This document shows positions 1-10,043 of a DNA stretch of 64,000 nt, piece after piece. The notes under the pieces are model-generated. The model worked only from the letters and a program-made list of their open reading frames with translations. It was not told the DNA's origin and did not search any database. Position 1 is the first letter of the stretch; the number at the start of each line of letters is the position of its first letter. Position numbers and translations under genes: made by a program. Origin of the DNA: a bacterium (GTDB lineage Bacteria; Zhuqueibacterota; Zhuqueibacteria; Residuimicrobiales; Krinioviventaceae); the NCBI GenBank assembly GCA_963693055.1, contig OY843751.1:1408001-1472000 (forward strand). Reading direction: 5' to 3'.

Positions 1-800
1 AATGATTGTTTTGCCAGATCACATTTTTCAATGATCTCATTCGGGGCCAACAGCCAGCCAATCCGAAGTCCCGGACCGATGTATTTTGAAAACGATGACG
101 TATAACATATGGGCACGGTCTCCGGGCCTGTTGCTTTGATGGGTACGGTTAATTCTTTGTCCTTTTCATCAAAATAGAGCTCTCCATACGCATCATCCTC
201 GATCAATATGACATCATGTCCTTTGAGGGCTTGCATCAGCTCTTGTCTGCGTTGTTTGCTGTAAAGAATACCAGCGGGATTATGAAAATAGGGGGTAACA
301 TAAACAAATTTGGGTAACGGTTTGGACGAGTTTAAAATATTTTCAAGTTCCTGTATATTCGCACCATCATCATCCAGGGAGATGGTTTCAAAATCCGCCT
401 GAAAGGATTTAAAAGCCGAGATGGCACCAATAAATGCGGGATATTCCGTAATTACCCGGTCACCGGGATCAATAAAGATCTTTGAGAGTATACTTATTGC
501 CTGCATAGAACCGGTAGTTACAATCAGGCCATTGTCTTCTACCGGCAGTCCTTTTTCTTTCAAAAACCCTTTTAAAGATTCCAGAAAAGGCGGGTATCCA
601 CCTGTGGGCCCATATTGCAGCGCCTGTTTTTTAACAGCGGGAGAAAGCGAGTTATAAATCTCGTCAATTTCCTGAACGGGTAACAGGTCATTATTGGGCA
701 TGCCACCGGAAAAAGAAATGATATCCGGTTTGGATGCCAGGCTCATCAACTCGCGAATTGCGGATGAGCGCATACTGGACGCACTGGTGGAAAATCGCAT
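1..800 (-). CDS. PLP-dependent aminotransferase (class I/II, LysN/ARO8-like), truncated at the window edge
   Basis: Manual translation from ATG at 800: MRFSTSASSMRSSAIRELMSLASKPDIISFSGGMPNN...LQYGPTGGYPPF...YVTPYFHNPAGI...LIEDDAYGELYF...TSSFSKYIGPGLRIGWL. It runs off the left end and is missing from the ORF track. Confidence 0.9.
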   Translation of the reverse strand, partial: MRFSTSASSMRSSAIRELMSLASKPDIISFSGGMPNNDLLPVQEIDEIYNSLSPAVKKQALQYGPTGGYPPFLESLKGFLKEKGLPVEDNGLIVTTGSMQAISILSKIFIDPGDRVITEYPAFIGAISAFKSFQADFETISLDDDGANIQELENILNSSKPLPKFVYVTPYFHNPAGILYSKQRRQELMQALKGHDVILIEDDAYGELYFDEKDKELTVPIKATGPETVPICYTSSFSKYIGPGLRIGWLLAPNEIIEKCDLAKQS

Positions 801-815
801 TATAGGTGCCTTTCT

Positions 816-1241
816 TTATATTTCGTATATCTCATTGGCTTTGATCAGTTCTACTTTGTGTTTTTGCAATACGTCGATTGCCGCTTGCAGGGCTTCGGTA
901 CGGATGATAACCGATGCTTTTTCTCCAAATTCGAACGCGTACATGTATTCAATGCCAATCTTTGCGTTTGATAGAATCTCGAGCGCTCTTGCGAGCCCGC
1001 CTGGAGTATGGGGAACGGTTAGACAGATCACATCCGTTGAATTGACGGTAAAGTTTCTCGCTTTTAGAGATTCTACCGCTTTATCCGGATTGGTTACAAT
1101 AAGGCGTAGAATACCGTATTCAGCCGTATCTGCAATACTAAGCGCGGAAATGTTTATATTGGCTTCTTCAAGTGCTTTGGTCACTTCGGTTAGCCGACCT
1201 GATTTATTTTCAAGAAATATCGATAATTGTTTAATGATCAT
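816..1241 (-). CDS. ACT domain-containing protein (PaaK-associated, two ACT repeats)
   Basis: IKQLSIFLENKSGRL...NISALSIADTAEYGILRLIV...PGGLARAL...IEYMYAF; lies directly downstream of paaK. Confidence 0.9.
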   Translation of the reverse strand: MIIKQLSIFLENKSGRLTEVTKALEEANINISALSIADTAEYGILRLIVTNPDKAVESLKARNFTVNSTDVICLTVPHTPGGLARALEILSNAKIGIEYMYAFEFGEKASVIIRTEALQAAIDVLQKHKVELIKANEIYEI

Positions 1242-1256
1242 GTGAGATCCTCCTGG

Positions 1257-2555
1257 TTACATGCTTCGTTTGTCGATGACACGTTTGGCCTTGCCTTCAC
1301 TGCGCTCGATTGTTTTGTGCTCTACCAGTTTGACTTTGACACTGAGTCCCAGTGTGCTGTCAATGTTGTGTTTGATTTTTGCAGACAGTGCTTCCAGTTT
1401 ACGGATTTCATCAGAGAAAAATTCATTTTCCACTTCAACCCAGACTTCCAGATTGTCAAGATTATTGACACGGTCCACAATCAATTGATAATGCGGTTTG
1501 GTCTCGCTCATTTCAAGCAGAACGCTTTCAATCTGAGACGGGAACACGTTAACACCGCGAATGATGAGCATATCGTCCGAGCGACCCAGACATTTTGCCA
1601 TGCGCACCATGGTACGTCCGCATTCACAGGTCTCGTAATTGAGCACGGTCAGATCGCGGGTGCGGTAACGCAGCAGGGGGAGTCCCTCTTTGGTGAGCGT
1701 TGTAAACACCAATTCACCAATTTCACCCGGGGGAAGGACCTCGAGCGTTTTGGGGTCAATGATCTCGGGATAAAAATGATCTTCGAAAACGTGCAAACCT
1801 GTCTTGTGCACACATTCAGTGGAAACACCCGGTCCAATGACCTCACTGAGTCCGTAAATATCAATCGCCAGTATGCCCAGTTTATCTTCAATTTCTTTGC
1901 GGATGTTCTCGGTCCAGGGTTCCGCGCCAAAGATACCCACACGCAGGGGCAGGTCTTGTGGAGACAGGCCTGCTTCTTCCAGGGCTTCGGCCAGATAAAG
2001 CGCGTACGAGGGCGTGCACGCAAGCACGGTACTGCCAAAATCTTTCATCAACTGGATCTGACGCTTGGTGTTGCCGCCGGAAATGGGAATGACTGTTGCT
2101 CCGACTTTTTCCGTACCGTAATGGATGCCGAGTCCGCCGGTAAACAATCCATAACCGTATGCGATCTGTACAACATCGTCTTTGCCTGCACCGGCACAGT
2201 TGAGGGTGCGCGCAACCACTTCGGACCACAGGTTAATATCGCGACGGGTATAGCCAACTACTGTGGGTTTGCCGGTGGTACCGCTTGAAGCGTGCACACG
2301 TACAATATCGCTCATGGGTGCGGCAAACAGGTCGAACGGGTAATTGTCGCGCAGGTCCTGTTTTGTGGTAAAGGGCAGGTTTTTTAGGTCGTCAATGCTT
2401 TTTACATCGCCGGGGTCCATGCCCTGTTCCTGGAATTTTTTGCGATAAAAAGGTACGTTGTAATAGAGACGTTCAACCATATTGACCAGCCGTTCGCTCT
2501 GCACACGGGTGAGCTCCTGGCGGTCCATACATTCAAAATGTTCATTCCAGATCAT
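1257..2555 (-). CDS. paaK: Phenylacetate--CoA ligase
   Basis: [73 protein letters not shown]. Confidence 0.93.
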   Translation of the reverse strand: MIWNEHFECMDRQELTRVQSERLVNMVERLYYNVPFYRKKFQEQGMDPGDVKSIDDLKNLPFTTKQDLRDNYPFDLFAAPMSDIVRVHASSGTTGKPTVVGYTRRDINLWSEVVARTLNCAGAGKDDVVQIAYGYGLFTGGLGIHYGTEKVGATVIPISGGNTKRQIQLMKDFGSTVLACTPSYALYLAEALEEAGLSPQDLPLRVGIFGAEPWTENIRKEIEDKLGILAIDIYGLSEVIGPGVSTECVHKTGLHVFEDHFYPEIIDPKTLEVLPPGEIGELVFTTLTKEGLPLLRYRTRDLTVLNYETCECGRTMVRMAKCLGRSDDMLIIRGVNVFPSQIESVLLEMSETKPHYQLIVDRVNNLDNLEVWVEVENEFFSDEIRKLEALSAKIKHNIDSTLGLSVKVKLVEHKTIERSEGKAKRVIDKRSM

Positions 2556-2669
2556 TCTTTTCTCCGGTCATTGGTGTGTATATTGAGGAAACGCGTTGTA
2601 TTCCGGTAGTTTGATTTGCAGTTATAAAATAATTGAATCTATTGGATTATGCAAGAAACTTTTTTTCTA

Positions 2670-2704
2670 CGTGAGAAGAAAGATGTGAGACGGGAGAGGT
2701 GAAA
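2670..2704 (+). repeat. Five degenerate tandem heptamers (consensus about NGTGAGA)
   Basis: cgtgaga agaaaga tgtgaga cgggaga ggtgaaa. Confidence 0.4.
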
Positions 2705-2720
2705 AACTTGACCTGATTGG

Positions 2721-2810
2721 GGGGAGATTTGCCTGGACATTTGTCCTGATTCTTCAAGAATTGCATGGGACAAATGTTTCATTTGAATATTCTGCGATGC
2801 AGGAATCTGT
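2721..2810 (+). repeat. Structured intergenic repeat, copy 1 (diverged)
   Basis: ggacatttgtcctgat...ttgcatgggaca...ttgaatattctgcgatgcagg matches the copies at 3804 and 4788. Confidence 0.75.
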
Positions 2811-3056
2811 GAAATGGGTTTCTATGATGGAGGATGATAAAAATGAATATTTTTTTCTTTTTGGTGAAAATTTATTGTTTGTTTAACGGATAATTGTTAA
2901 TTTATATAACGATAAATGGGGCAGCTTTTCATTTTTCATCAAAAATATTGTCTATCAATTTATTCAAGTGTCTTTATCTACAACATAATGTCTTTTTAAT
3001 AGTACTAAAAATTTGAGTGTATTGCTTTGAATGCATTCAAAAATCAGGAGTTTTGG

Positions 3057-3680
3057 ATGAAAAAAATCTTTTTTGTAATCTTGTTTTTTTCAGTTATTGT
3101 CAATTCCAGTTTTGCGGAATACAAGTTTGGTGTTGTTGCGGGGACAAATATAGAAAAGATGATTTTTGAAAAGAGAACTATTTACAAGCATCACAATCCT
3201 TATGGTTATTCTTATGGGATTTACTTTGAGAGAGCGTTAGGAGAACGTTTCTCTCTACGTTCTGAATTGTCTAATAATAAATCAACCATAAAATTTGAAA
3301 ATTTTACAACACAAGGCGATCATTATAAAATTTTTATTGAAAAAGATTATTTGTCAATACCAATTCTTTTCAAATATCACTTTTGGAAATCTTTGAATAT
3401 ATCTGGTGGTTTACAGTTAAATTGGAATCAAGATATTAATTATACATTTGAAGAAATGTATACGAATAGAGCAATCAAATCTTTTAGTATTACATCCAAA
3501 GTATCAAAGTTTGATACATATATTTGTATTATTTTAAGTAAAGATTTTTTTCTCTTTAATAAGAATTTAGATATTGGCATTCGGATATTAAAAGGAATAA
3601 ATAAAATAGAAGAAAACTGGTACTTGGATGATAAAGCCAAATATTTACAATTTCAATTGTTGTTCAGTTTGCAGTTGTAG
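3057..3680 (+). CDS. Outer-membrane beta-barrel (PorT/porin-like) protein
   Basis: AGGAG RBS before ATG 3057; signal peptide; FGVVAGTN, YLSIPILFKYHF, ISGGLQ; amphipathic C-terminal strand; very AT-rich. Confidence 0.7.
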   Translation: MKKIFFVILFFSVIVNSSFAEYKFGVVAGTNIEKMIFEKRTIYKHHNPYGYSYGIYFERALGERFSLRSELSNNKSTIKFENFTTQGDHYKIFIEKDYLSIPILFKYHFWKSLNISGGLQLNWNQDINYTFEEMYTNRAIKSFSITSKVSKFDTYICIILSKDFFLFNKNLDIGIRILKGINKIEENWYLDDKAKYLQFQLLFSLQL

Positions 3681-3803
3681 AGCATATAAATTTAGTTTGG
3701 TACATTGATGATGGTTGCCTTGCACCTCCGAGGATACCGGGCAATTGGTTATACTTTTAAAATAAATATGATCACACGGCATGTCTATGTTGTGCTGAAT
3801 ATA

Positions 3804-3940
3804 TGATCGCCCGGTAATCCGCCAGCTGGCGGATGCAGGACGGAATATTTACCAGGACATTTGTCCTGATACTCGGAAAATTGCCTGGGACAAAAATCCC
3901 GCTTTAATTTTCCGCGGGGCAGGGATCTGCATCGCGATCA
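3804..3940 (+). repeat. Structured intergenic repeat, copy 2 (MITE/REP-like; ends TGATCGC...GCGATCA)
   Basis: 3841-3891 is identical over 51 bp to 4814-4864; internal hairpin CAGGACA-TT-TGTCCTG; contains the palindrome ATCCGCCAGCTGGCGGAT at 3817-3834. Confidence 0.85.
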
Positions 3941-4032
3941 ATGACGCACCAGGAAGAAATGGAGGCTTTTAAGCAGATCAACAATACTGTGACATCTGCT
4001 ATAGTTAAAGAGAAATTATTATTATATACAGG

Positions 4033-4761
4033 ATGGTAGTAATGAGAAAAGTATTTTTTTTAGTGATAATTATTCCATTGTCATTGTTCTCTTATGTAAA
4101 TGATGGCCCGCCAAAAAATGGTTATTTTGGTGGTTCAAGAGTTGCAAATTATTGTCATTTTAATATTCCTTTTTACATGAGTTATTTGGGGGACAATAAT
4201 AATGCTTTTTCATTATTATGGCCCGGACTTGCCAGTCCGATAGGTCAAATTCAATATACTAAAAGATATAATGAAAATTCTAAATTGGGCATAGGGCTAG
4301 GGCTCCCTTTTATTTCAATATATGCTGATAGAGACTTTAATATCAGTAAAAATAAAAAAATTAATACCAGCTTTTTGGTTGGGATACCATTCTTCTCACT
4401 ATCATCAAAAGTGTTCTACCCCTTTGATGATGTTGGGAGATATAAGCAAGGAGTTTCATTTAATTATATCTATTATTCTGGATATTATAGCTGGTCTATG
4501 GTTGGAAATATGGATATTTATCCTGGATCACAAGTATTATCTTTAAATTATGAAGGTTTGATTACTCCAAAGAACAATGGCAAAGTTAATTTGTTCTTTT
4601 CTATTGGAGCTAATTATTTATTTTTGAGCTATGCGATTCGTCAAGCTGATAATGAAAATTATGGATTCAAGAATTTCGTGAATTTATATGATTATGCATT
4701 ATCTGATGTTTCCTGGGATAAAAATATATGTTGGAGCCTGTCATTTGGAATTAATTTTTAA
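4033..4761 (+). CDS. Hypothetical secreted, probable outer-membrane beta-barrel protein
   Basis: Signal peptide; beta-strand pattern; ends WSLSFGINF (terminal Phe); AT-rich. Confidence 0.6.
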   Translation: MVVMRKVFFLVIIIPLSLFSYVNDGPPKNGYFGGSRVANYCHFNIPFYMSYLGDNNNAFSLLWPGLASPIGQIQYTKRYNENSKLGIGLGLPFISIYADRDFNISKNKKINTSFLVGIPFFSLSSKVFYPFDDVGRYKQGVSFNYIYYSGYYSWSMVGNMDIYPGSQVLSLNYEGLITPKNNGKVNLFFSIGANYLFLSYAIRQADNENYGFKNFVNLYDYALSDVSWDKNICWSLSFGINF

Positions 4762-4787
4762 AAAGAACCTGATCGCTCAGATTATTA

Positions 4788-4918
4788 TGATCGCTCGGTA
4801 TATTTATTCCGGGCGGAATATTTACCAGGACATTTGTCCTGATACTCGGAAAATTGCCTGGGACGAATGTAATGTCCCGCTTGAATATTCCGCGATGCAG
4901 GGAGCTGCATCGCGATCA
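4788..4918 (+). repeat. Structured intergenic repeat, copy 3
   Basis: TGATCGC...GCGATCA ends; GCGGAATATT/AATATTCCGC stem enclosing two hairpins; 3' hairpin GCGATGCAG-GGAG-CTGCATCGC. Confidence 0.85.
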
Positions 4919-4926
4919 GTTTTTTC

Positions 4927-5760
4927 TTAATTCTCCGAATTAATGTCGAAAATCCAGTTTCTTACAAGCTCCAGGTAAGCTTCGTATCCCATAATATCCG
5001 GGATGTCGGTGTGGTTGGCATCCTGGACCAGTACCATGGATTTGGGCTCAGGTGCGTTTGCGTACACCACTTTGCCATTGTCGCGATAGCGTACAAAATC
5101 GTCTTGAGCGCCATGGATCAGTAGAAACCGGGTATTGATGTTTTGGATCTGCTTTGCATTGTCAAACGAACCGGTTGTGAGCCACTGCGAAGGAATATCC
5201 AACACCGTGCTGCCCTGGGTTAACGAGTTTGCTGATGCAAATGGAGACTCGGCAATCAAACAGCGGGGGTCTACTTTTTGTCCCGCAAGATAGATTGAGG
5301 CTACATTCCCCAGCGAATATCCGTAAATGCAGAGTGAATCCGCGGGTACGTTCTGCTCGTTCATGACATAGTTGAGTGCAGCGTCACTATCCTGATAGAG
5401 TCCCGTCTCGGAAGATTTTCCCTCGGACTTGCCGTATCCGCGATAATCATAGATAAATATATTCACGCCCAGTTCATACATCAGCATGACACGGTCCCAA
5501 TATTCATCAATATTGTGCTTGTTGCCGTGACAATAGAGAATGGTAATGCCGGGACGCTCACCATTGGATTCTACCCAATAGCCGTAAATTTTGTTGCCGC
5601 CGCTGTTGAGAGACACTTCCTGCAGATGGTCTTGTGGAATGGAATTGCCGGGCAGTTTGTATTCGTCCAGTGATTCGGTGTTGAATAAAAATCCGTCCAG
5701 TTCACAGGCGGTAAATATTGTTGAAAAGAGTAGTATTAAGAGTAGGGAAAGCTTTTTCAT
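4927..5760 (-). CDS. Alpha/beta hydrolase lipoprotein (ABHD13/17-like)
   Basis: Start MKKLSLLL at 5760, lipobox FTAC; LYCHGN, YDYRGYGKSEG, GYSLG nucleophile elbow, IHGAQDDFV, ANH. Confidence 0.88.
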   Translation of the reverse strand: MKKLSLLLILLFSTIFTACELDGFLFNTESLDEYKLPGNSIPQDHLQEVSLNSGGNKIYGYWVESNGERPGITILYCHGNKHNIDEYWDRVMLMYELGVNIFIYDYRGYGKSEGKSSETGLYQDSDAALNYVMNEQNVPADSLCIYGYSLGNVASIYLAGQKVDPRCLIAESPFASANSLTQGSTVLDIPSQWLTTGSFDNAKQIQNINTRFLLIHGAQDDFVRYRDNGKVVYANAPEPKSMVLVQDANHTDIPDIMGYEAYLELVRNWIFDINSEN

Positions 5761-6422
5761 TTGAAACTCCTTTCCAGCGCAAACAGGGTGGTAATGGCGC
5801 CATAGCCGGAAATGGGTAGATAATCCACTGCCAGGTTTTCGCTGGCAATGTTGGAGCCGTTCCATTTAATCTCGGTAATGAGTCGGGTATTTCTGCCGAG
5901 TTTCCACTCGTAGCCGACAAATGGAGAAAAGATCAGGGATTCCGCATCGTCATCATAATCGGGATCAGAGATGGGTGCGGCCATATCCAGACCGCCAAAG
6001 AACTGTCCTTTTCCGGTCTGCCAGGCGGATGAAAAAGATACAACCGGGTAAATACGATATTTTTCTTCAATATCAGATTTCAAGCTGGCAAAGCACATTA
6101 AAAACGGGTGAATGCCAATGGTGGGTTTTAATCCATCTTGTTCAATGGGGTACCAGGAAAATCCGGCATCAAGTCCTGCCATTTTGTATGCCAGGGGCAG
6201 CAAATGCAGGTTGCTGAACAGGTTAACCTTTTCAATTACCCCGTATTCAATACCTCCGGTCACATATGGCACCGGGATTTGCGTGCCCAGTGCTTTAATA
6301 ATGGGGCCACCAAAGCTTACGTTGGCATCCACATTACCTTTACCCAGGGGCTGCAAATGTGTATGTGCCGCACAGGAAAAGAGTAGTAAACTGCTTAATA
6401 ACAAGAGAATTATTTTCTTCAT
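5757..6422 (-). CDS. Hypothetical lipoprotein, probable beta-barrel
   Basis: Lipobox LFSC; alternating beta-strands; 4-bp overlap with the downstream hydrolase. Confidence 0.7.
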   Translation of the reverse strand: MKKIILLLLSSLLLFSCAAHTHLQPLGKGNVDANVSFGGPIIKALGTQIPVPYVTGGIEYGVIEKVNLFSNLHLLPLAYKMAGLDAGFSWYPIEQDGLKPTIGIHPFLMCFASLKSDIEEKYRIYPVVSFSSAWQTGKGQFFGGLDMAAPISDPDYDDDAESLIFSPFVGYEWKLGRNTRLITEIKWNGSNIASENLAVDYLPISGYGAITTLFALERSFK

Positions 6423-6538
6423 TCATACCTCGGATTAGGAAATTTTGGGGAGCTATTTCTACTAGAATTTAATTTTACTGTGTCAAAAATTAGACCAGAA
6501 TGAACCGGGGGAACCGGAAGCGTGTGCGAGAATTAAAT

Positions 6539-6583
6539 ATAGTTAATATTCAGGCATTTTCAATTTACCTGAATATTAACTAT
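6539..6583 (-). terminator. 16-bp perfect stem-loop downstream of the DUF5107 gene
   Basis: ATAGTTAATATTCAGG ... CCTGAATATTAACTAT. Confidence 0.55.
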
Positions 6584-6595
6584 TTGTCAAATGTT

Positions 6596-9500
6596 TTATT
6601 GTATCGATTGAAGTATCAGGTTAGCATCAATATTCAGCGGGTCTGTTTCAAGGGCTTTTGTGAATAATGAAATTGCCTGGTCTTTTTCGCCCAGTCCTAA
6701 ATGTCCCAGACCTTGCATATAGTATGACGAAACGTGCAGTTTTTTTCTCTGCAATTCTTTGTTGAGCTGGAAAATTCTGCCTGAATGTTCCTCGTCTACA
6801 GTTACGGTAATGTGTCGACTGTCTTTACCTTTATTGATGCGTTGCAGGCCATCCTCAATCAGTTTTTCAAAACGTTTTTCGGCTCCTGATTTATCACCCA
6901 GTTCAATTTGTGCCAGTGCTTTATAATACTCTATTTCCGGGAAATCGCCGGCGCCCCAGCCCTTGTTGAATGTATAGTTGACCATCTTTTCGTACCAGGA
7001 TTTTGCTGCTTTTTTATCATTCGCCAATGCTGCATTTTGTCCCAAATAGTAATAGGCAATACCAACTTTGCTGTTTCGTTCGGCTTCAAGATTTTTGGGG
7101 AATTCCATTGCCTGCATGAAAAAGGATTCTGCTTTTTTATGGTCCTTGTTATTCATGTATTGAATACCGGTTTGCAGATTGGCATCGAACCATAGCACAT
7201 GGGGATTAAATGTTGCGCCTTCTTTGATATGATAGTTTATTTCGTTCAACAAACCAAGGGCTTTATCATAATTGCCATAGTAATTGGACAGTTTAATTTC
7301 CATTATCTGAATGTCTACAATGTCTTTACCCAGTGTTCCGTATTCATCGAGAAATTGAGCAAGCTGTTCTGGTGACATGCTGGAATAAGACATGTAGAGA
7401 TCCGCTTCGTTAAAATAGCGCGGTTCAGTGGGATCTAATGAAATCGCTTTTATGATATTTGCCAATGCATTGGGCATATCCTGCAGATGGTTTGCCTCAA
7501 TGTATGCAATATTCCGGTAAATTATGGATTCGCTGCTTTTGATTTCGGCGGCCATTTTCCAATATTTTATGGCATTTTCATGTTGATAGTCAGCCAATGC
7601 ATTACCAAGCAGATAACATGCAGACACATCCCGGGAATCCTGAGAAACGGCATATTTCAATACCTTGATAGATTCACTGCCATAGGGGAAACAAAGCTCC
7701 AGAGGCAGATTGCCGGCCTTGTTCAAGGCGTCTTGAGATTTATCGGTTTTGCCTGCAAGATCATAATACATGGCTAGATGATAATAAATCATGGGGTATG
7801 CATTCAACTCTTTTAAAGAAGAGGATGCCGCAAGTTCAAGTACATTAGAGGCATCGGTATAGAGTCCCATTTCGCTATAGCGTGTAGCCGTTTCAATATA
7901 GTTATAAGGTTCTGACCGGAAATGCTTGGCAATATCCATATAGTGAGCAAGATTTTGATCGGTTTTTATATGTGTGTCCAGTATTCTCAATTCGTTCATA
8001 GCAATCAGGCAAAGTGGATCAACCGTAAGGGCATCTTTAATCGTTTCAAGGGCTTGGGGGTAATCACCCTGTTTACGTAATATAATGGCTTTACTGACAA
8101 GTGCTTCAACGTTCTGGGTATTGGCTTTGCATGCCCGGTCTGCGGCATCGTAAGCCTTGTTCCAATCATTTTGCAGTGCTTCGAGTCGTGAAACAAGCGT
8201 ATATCCCGCGGATGTCCATTCATAGTCCCAGGTTGCTCTGTAAAGCATATCCAATGCTTTTTCAATTTCCCCCTGTTGCATATAGCAGATACCCAGGTAA
8301 AAAAGGGAAGTGGCATCCTGAGCTTTTTTATGGTTTCCGGTTACAATCTTTACCGCTTTTTCAAGATGTTTTTGTGCTTTGGAGTAAGCACCTCTTTTGA
8401 GATAAACGGTTCCGATCTGGGTATTCGCCAGCACATTGTTTGGGTCTCTTGCCAGTGCAGCTTTATAATATGCCATATAATCATAATTGGTGTTGCCAAA
8501 CTGCTCCAGTTTCAGTCCTGCAAAAAAGAGGTCCTGGCTGTTTGTATAAGAATCTGGAGTTGAGGGGTCCTCATATGTTTCCGGAAAAGGCTCGTTCAAG
8601 GGCGGTTGTTTTTGCCATGACAGCATTTGTGTGCCTTGTGAAGACAAGAGTGTGATTGCAAGGTCCTCATACGCTGTATTCTTGTTGATCTTGATTTCGG
8701 TTTGGAATGGTTTGACGGGAGAGATTTCCAATGTTTTTGTGAAAATGGTCTCGCCTTTATCTTTGAGAATGATTTGGGTGCCTTTTTGTACACTGGTAGC
8801 ATTGATCTGAATGAGGGCTTTGTGGTTTTCAAGTTCAAGATTTACGGCAAAGTCTTTGTTGACTTCTTTCATGTTGCTGAGATTTTTAATACCATACATG
8901 TACATGGTACCATATTTGGTTTCAAAGGGTGCAACAAAGTTGTAATCGGGTTGATTGTCAGAATAGAAACCCATCATCAACTCTGCATAGGGGCCGTCGG
9001 TATCTGTTAGTTTTTCGTCCCAGACTTTTTGTACTTCATTTTTACCCCAGTTCCAGAGTTTTTTACCCTTGAATATCCGATGGTCTCCCACCATGGCTAC
9101 GCCAGCTTTTTTGCCGTGATCAATACCACCCATAAAATCCTGATGAGATCTGGTAACAAAAAAGGATGTAGGCTGTTTGGCGGCATTCCACCAGGACAGA
9201 TCTTCTCCATGGGTATAATCGTATGATTGATATACCTGGTTCAGTATAGGCCACCGGGTAAATTCTGTTACATAGTGAAAATTCATCATCTCAACATCGG
9301 GTGGGAAAATGAATTGGTAATCGTCATTTGTGTGTACCGCATTGTTTGCAAAAAACAAAGCCGGATATTGAAAAGGAGTTACATTCAGGGTTTTGAATTC
9401 CATTTTTACATAGGACTTGCCGGGCTCCAGTGTCATACCTACCAGCCAACGGGTCTGGCTTCTTTTTTCATATTCGCCAACCCAAACCGTTTTGCTGCCG

Positions 9501-9967
9501 TCCGCATGTTCAGTTATGGTATAATCCACTGGCAATAAACTGGTGGCTCTGTGGTGATGCGGCGTGTTCCACTCGGTTCCTCCGGATGTCCAGGCGCCAA
9601 GTGTTCCTATTAACGCGGGTTTAACAACGCGATTGTTATATATCATGTCATAGTTGTTGGTTTTATCAAGGGCGTAATACAGTCTGCCGCCCATTTCCGG
9701 GGTAACGCATATTTTTATATATTCATTCTCCAAAACAACTGCCTTGTAATCTATATTTGTTTTGACCTCGGTCTGAACATTATAGAATGGATAGGGGTAT
9801 ATATGTCTTTCTGCAAGCTGAACTTCTTCGTTGCGAAAAAAAAGAGGGATTTTATCCGGATCAGGTACCTTGTACGTGGGTAAAGTCATTGTTTCTTCGT
9901 ATACCCTTACCTGAGAAAAACAGATTGAGCTAAATACTAGCAGCAAGACATATAGATGCGATTTCAT
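6596..9967 (-). CDS. DUF5107 domain plus TPR repeat protein
   Basis: IYPYP, VLENEYIKICVTPEMGGRL, NRVVKPALIGTLGAWTSGGTEWN, GKKLWNWG, GPYAELM, followed by a long TPR region. Confidence 0.85.
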   Translation of the reverse strand: MKSHLYVLLLVFSSICFSQVRVYEETMTLPTYKVPDPDKIPLFFRNEEVQLAERHIYPYPFYNVQTEVKTNIDYKAVVLENEYIKICVTPEMGGRLYYALDKTNNYDMIYNNRVVKPALIGTLGAWTSGGTEWNTPHHHRATSLLPVDYTITEHADGSKTVWVGEYEKRSQTRWLVGMTLEPGKSYVKMEFKTLNVTPFQYPALFFANNAVHTNDDYQFIFPPDVEMMNFHYVTEFTRWPILNQVYQSYDYTHGEDLSWWNAAKQPTSFFVTRSHQDFMGGIDHGKKAGVAMVGDHRIFKGKKLWNWGKNEVQKVWDEKLTDTDGPYAELMMGFYSDNQPDYNFVAPFETKYGTMYMYGIKNLSNMKEVNKDFAVNLELENHKALIQINATSVQKGTQIILKDKGETIFTKTLEISPVKPFQTEIKINKNTAYEDLAITLLSSQGTQMLSWQKQPPLNEPFPETYEDPSTPDSYTNSQDLFFAGLKLEQFGNTNYDYMAYYKAALARDPNNVLANTQIGTVYLKRGAYSKAQKHLEKAVKIVTGNHKKAQDATSLFYLGICYMQQGEIEKALDMLYRATWDYEWTSAGYTLVSRLEALQNDWNKAYDAADRACKANTQNVEALVSKAIILRKQGDYPQALETIKDALTVDPLCLIAMNELRILDTHIKTDQNLAHYMDIAKHFRSEPYNYIETATRYSEMGLYTDASNVLELAASSSLKELNAYPMIYYHLAMYYDLAGKTDKSQDALNKAGNLPLELCFPYGSESIKVLKYAVSQDSRDVSACYLLGNALADYQHENAIKYWKMAAEIKSSESIIYRNIAYIEANHLQDMPNALANIIKAISLDPTEPRYFNEADLYMSYSSMSPEQLAQFLDEYGTLGKDIVDIQIMEIKLSNYYGNYDKALGLLNEINYHIKEGATFNPHVLWFDANLQTGIQYMNNKDHKKAESFFMQAMEFPKNLEAERNSKVGIAYYYLGQNAALANDKKAAKSWYEKMVNYTFNKGWGAGDFPEIEYYKALAQIELGDKSGAEKRFEKLIEDGLQRINKGKDSRHITVTVDEEHSGRIFQLNKELQRKKLHVSSYYMQGLGHLGLGEKDQAISLFTKALETDPLNIDANLILQSIQ

Positions 9968-10043
9968 ACATACCTCTGGATAGTTAATTTTTTTCTTAAA
10001 TATTTATGATAAAATAAAAATTTTTTTATTAAATCAAAGCAAT

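Noticed and set aside
421-2288. Plus-strand ORFs of 78, 183 and 353 aa
   Set aside because: They are antisense shadows of the aminotransferase, ACT and paaK genes and have no recognisable motifs.
2721-4918. Three repeats read as a CRISPR array or classical integron attC sites
   Set aside because: The units are too long and are separated by about 0.85-1 kb containing genes; there are no cas genes, no intI and no clear attC core sites.
4688-4930. 80-aa ORF across repeat copy 3
   Set aside because: It is a translation of the repeat and overlaps the preceding gene.
5761-5865. N-terminal extension of the hydrolase ORF
   Set aside because: It overlaps the upstream gene; the signal peptide and RBS point to ATG 5760.
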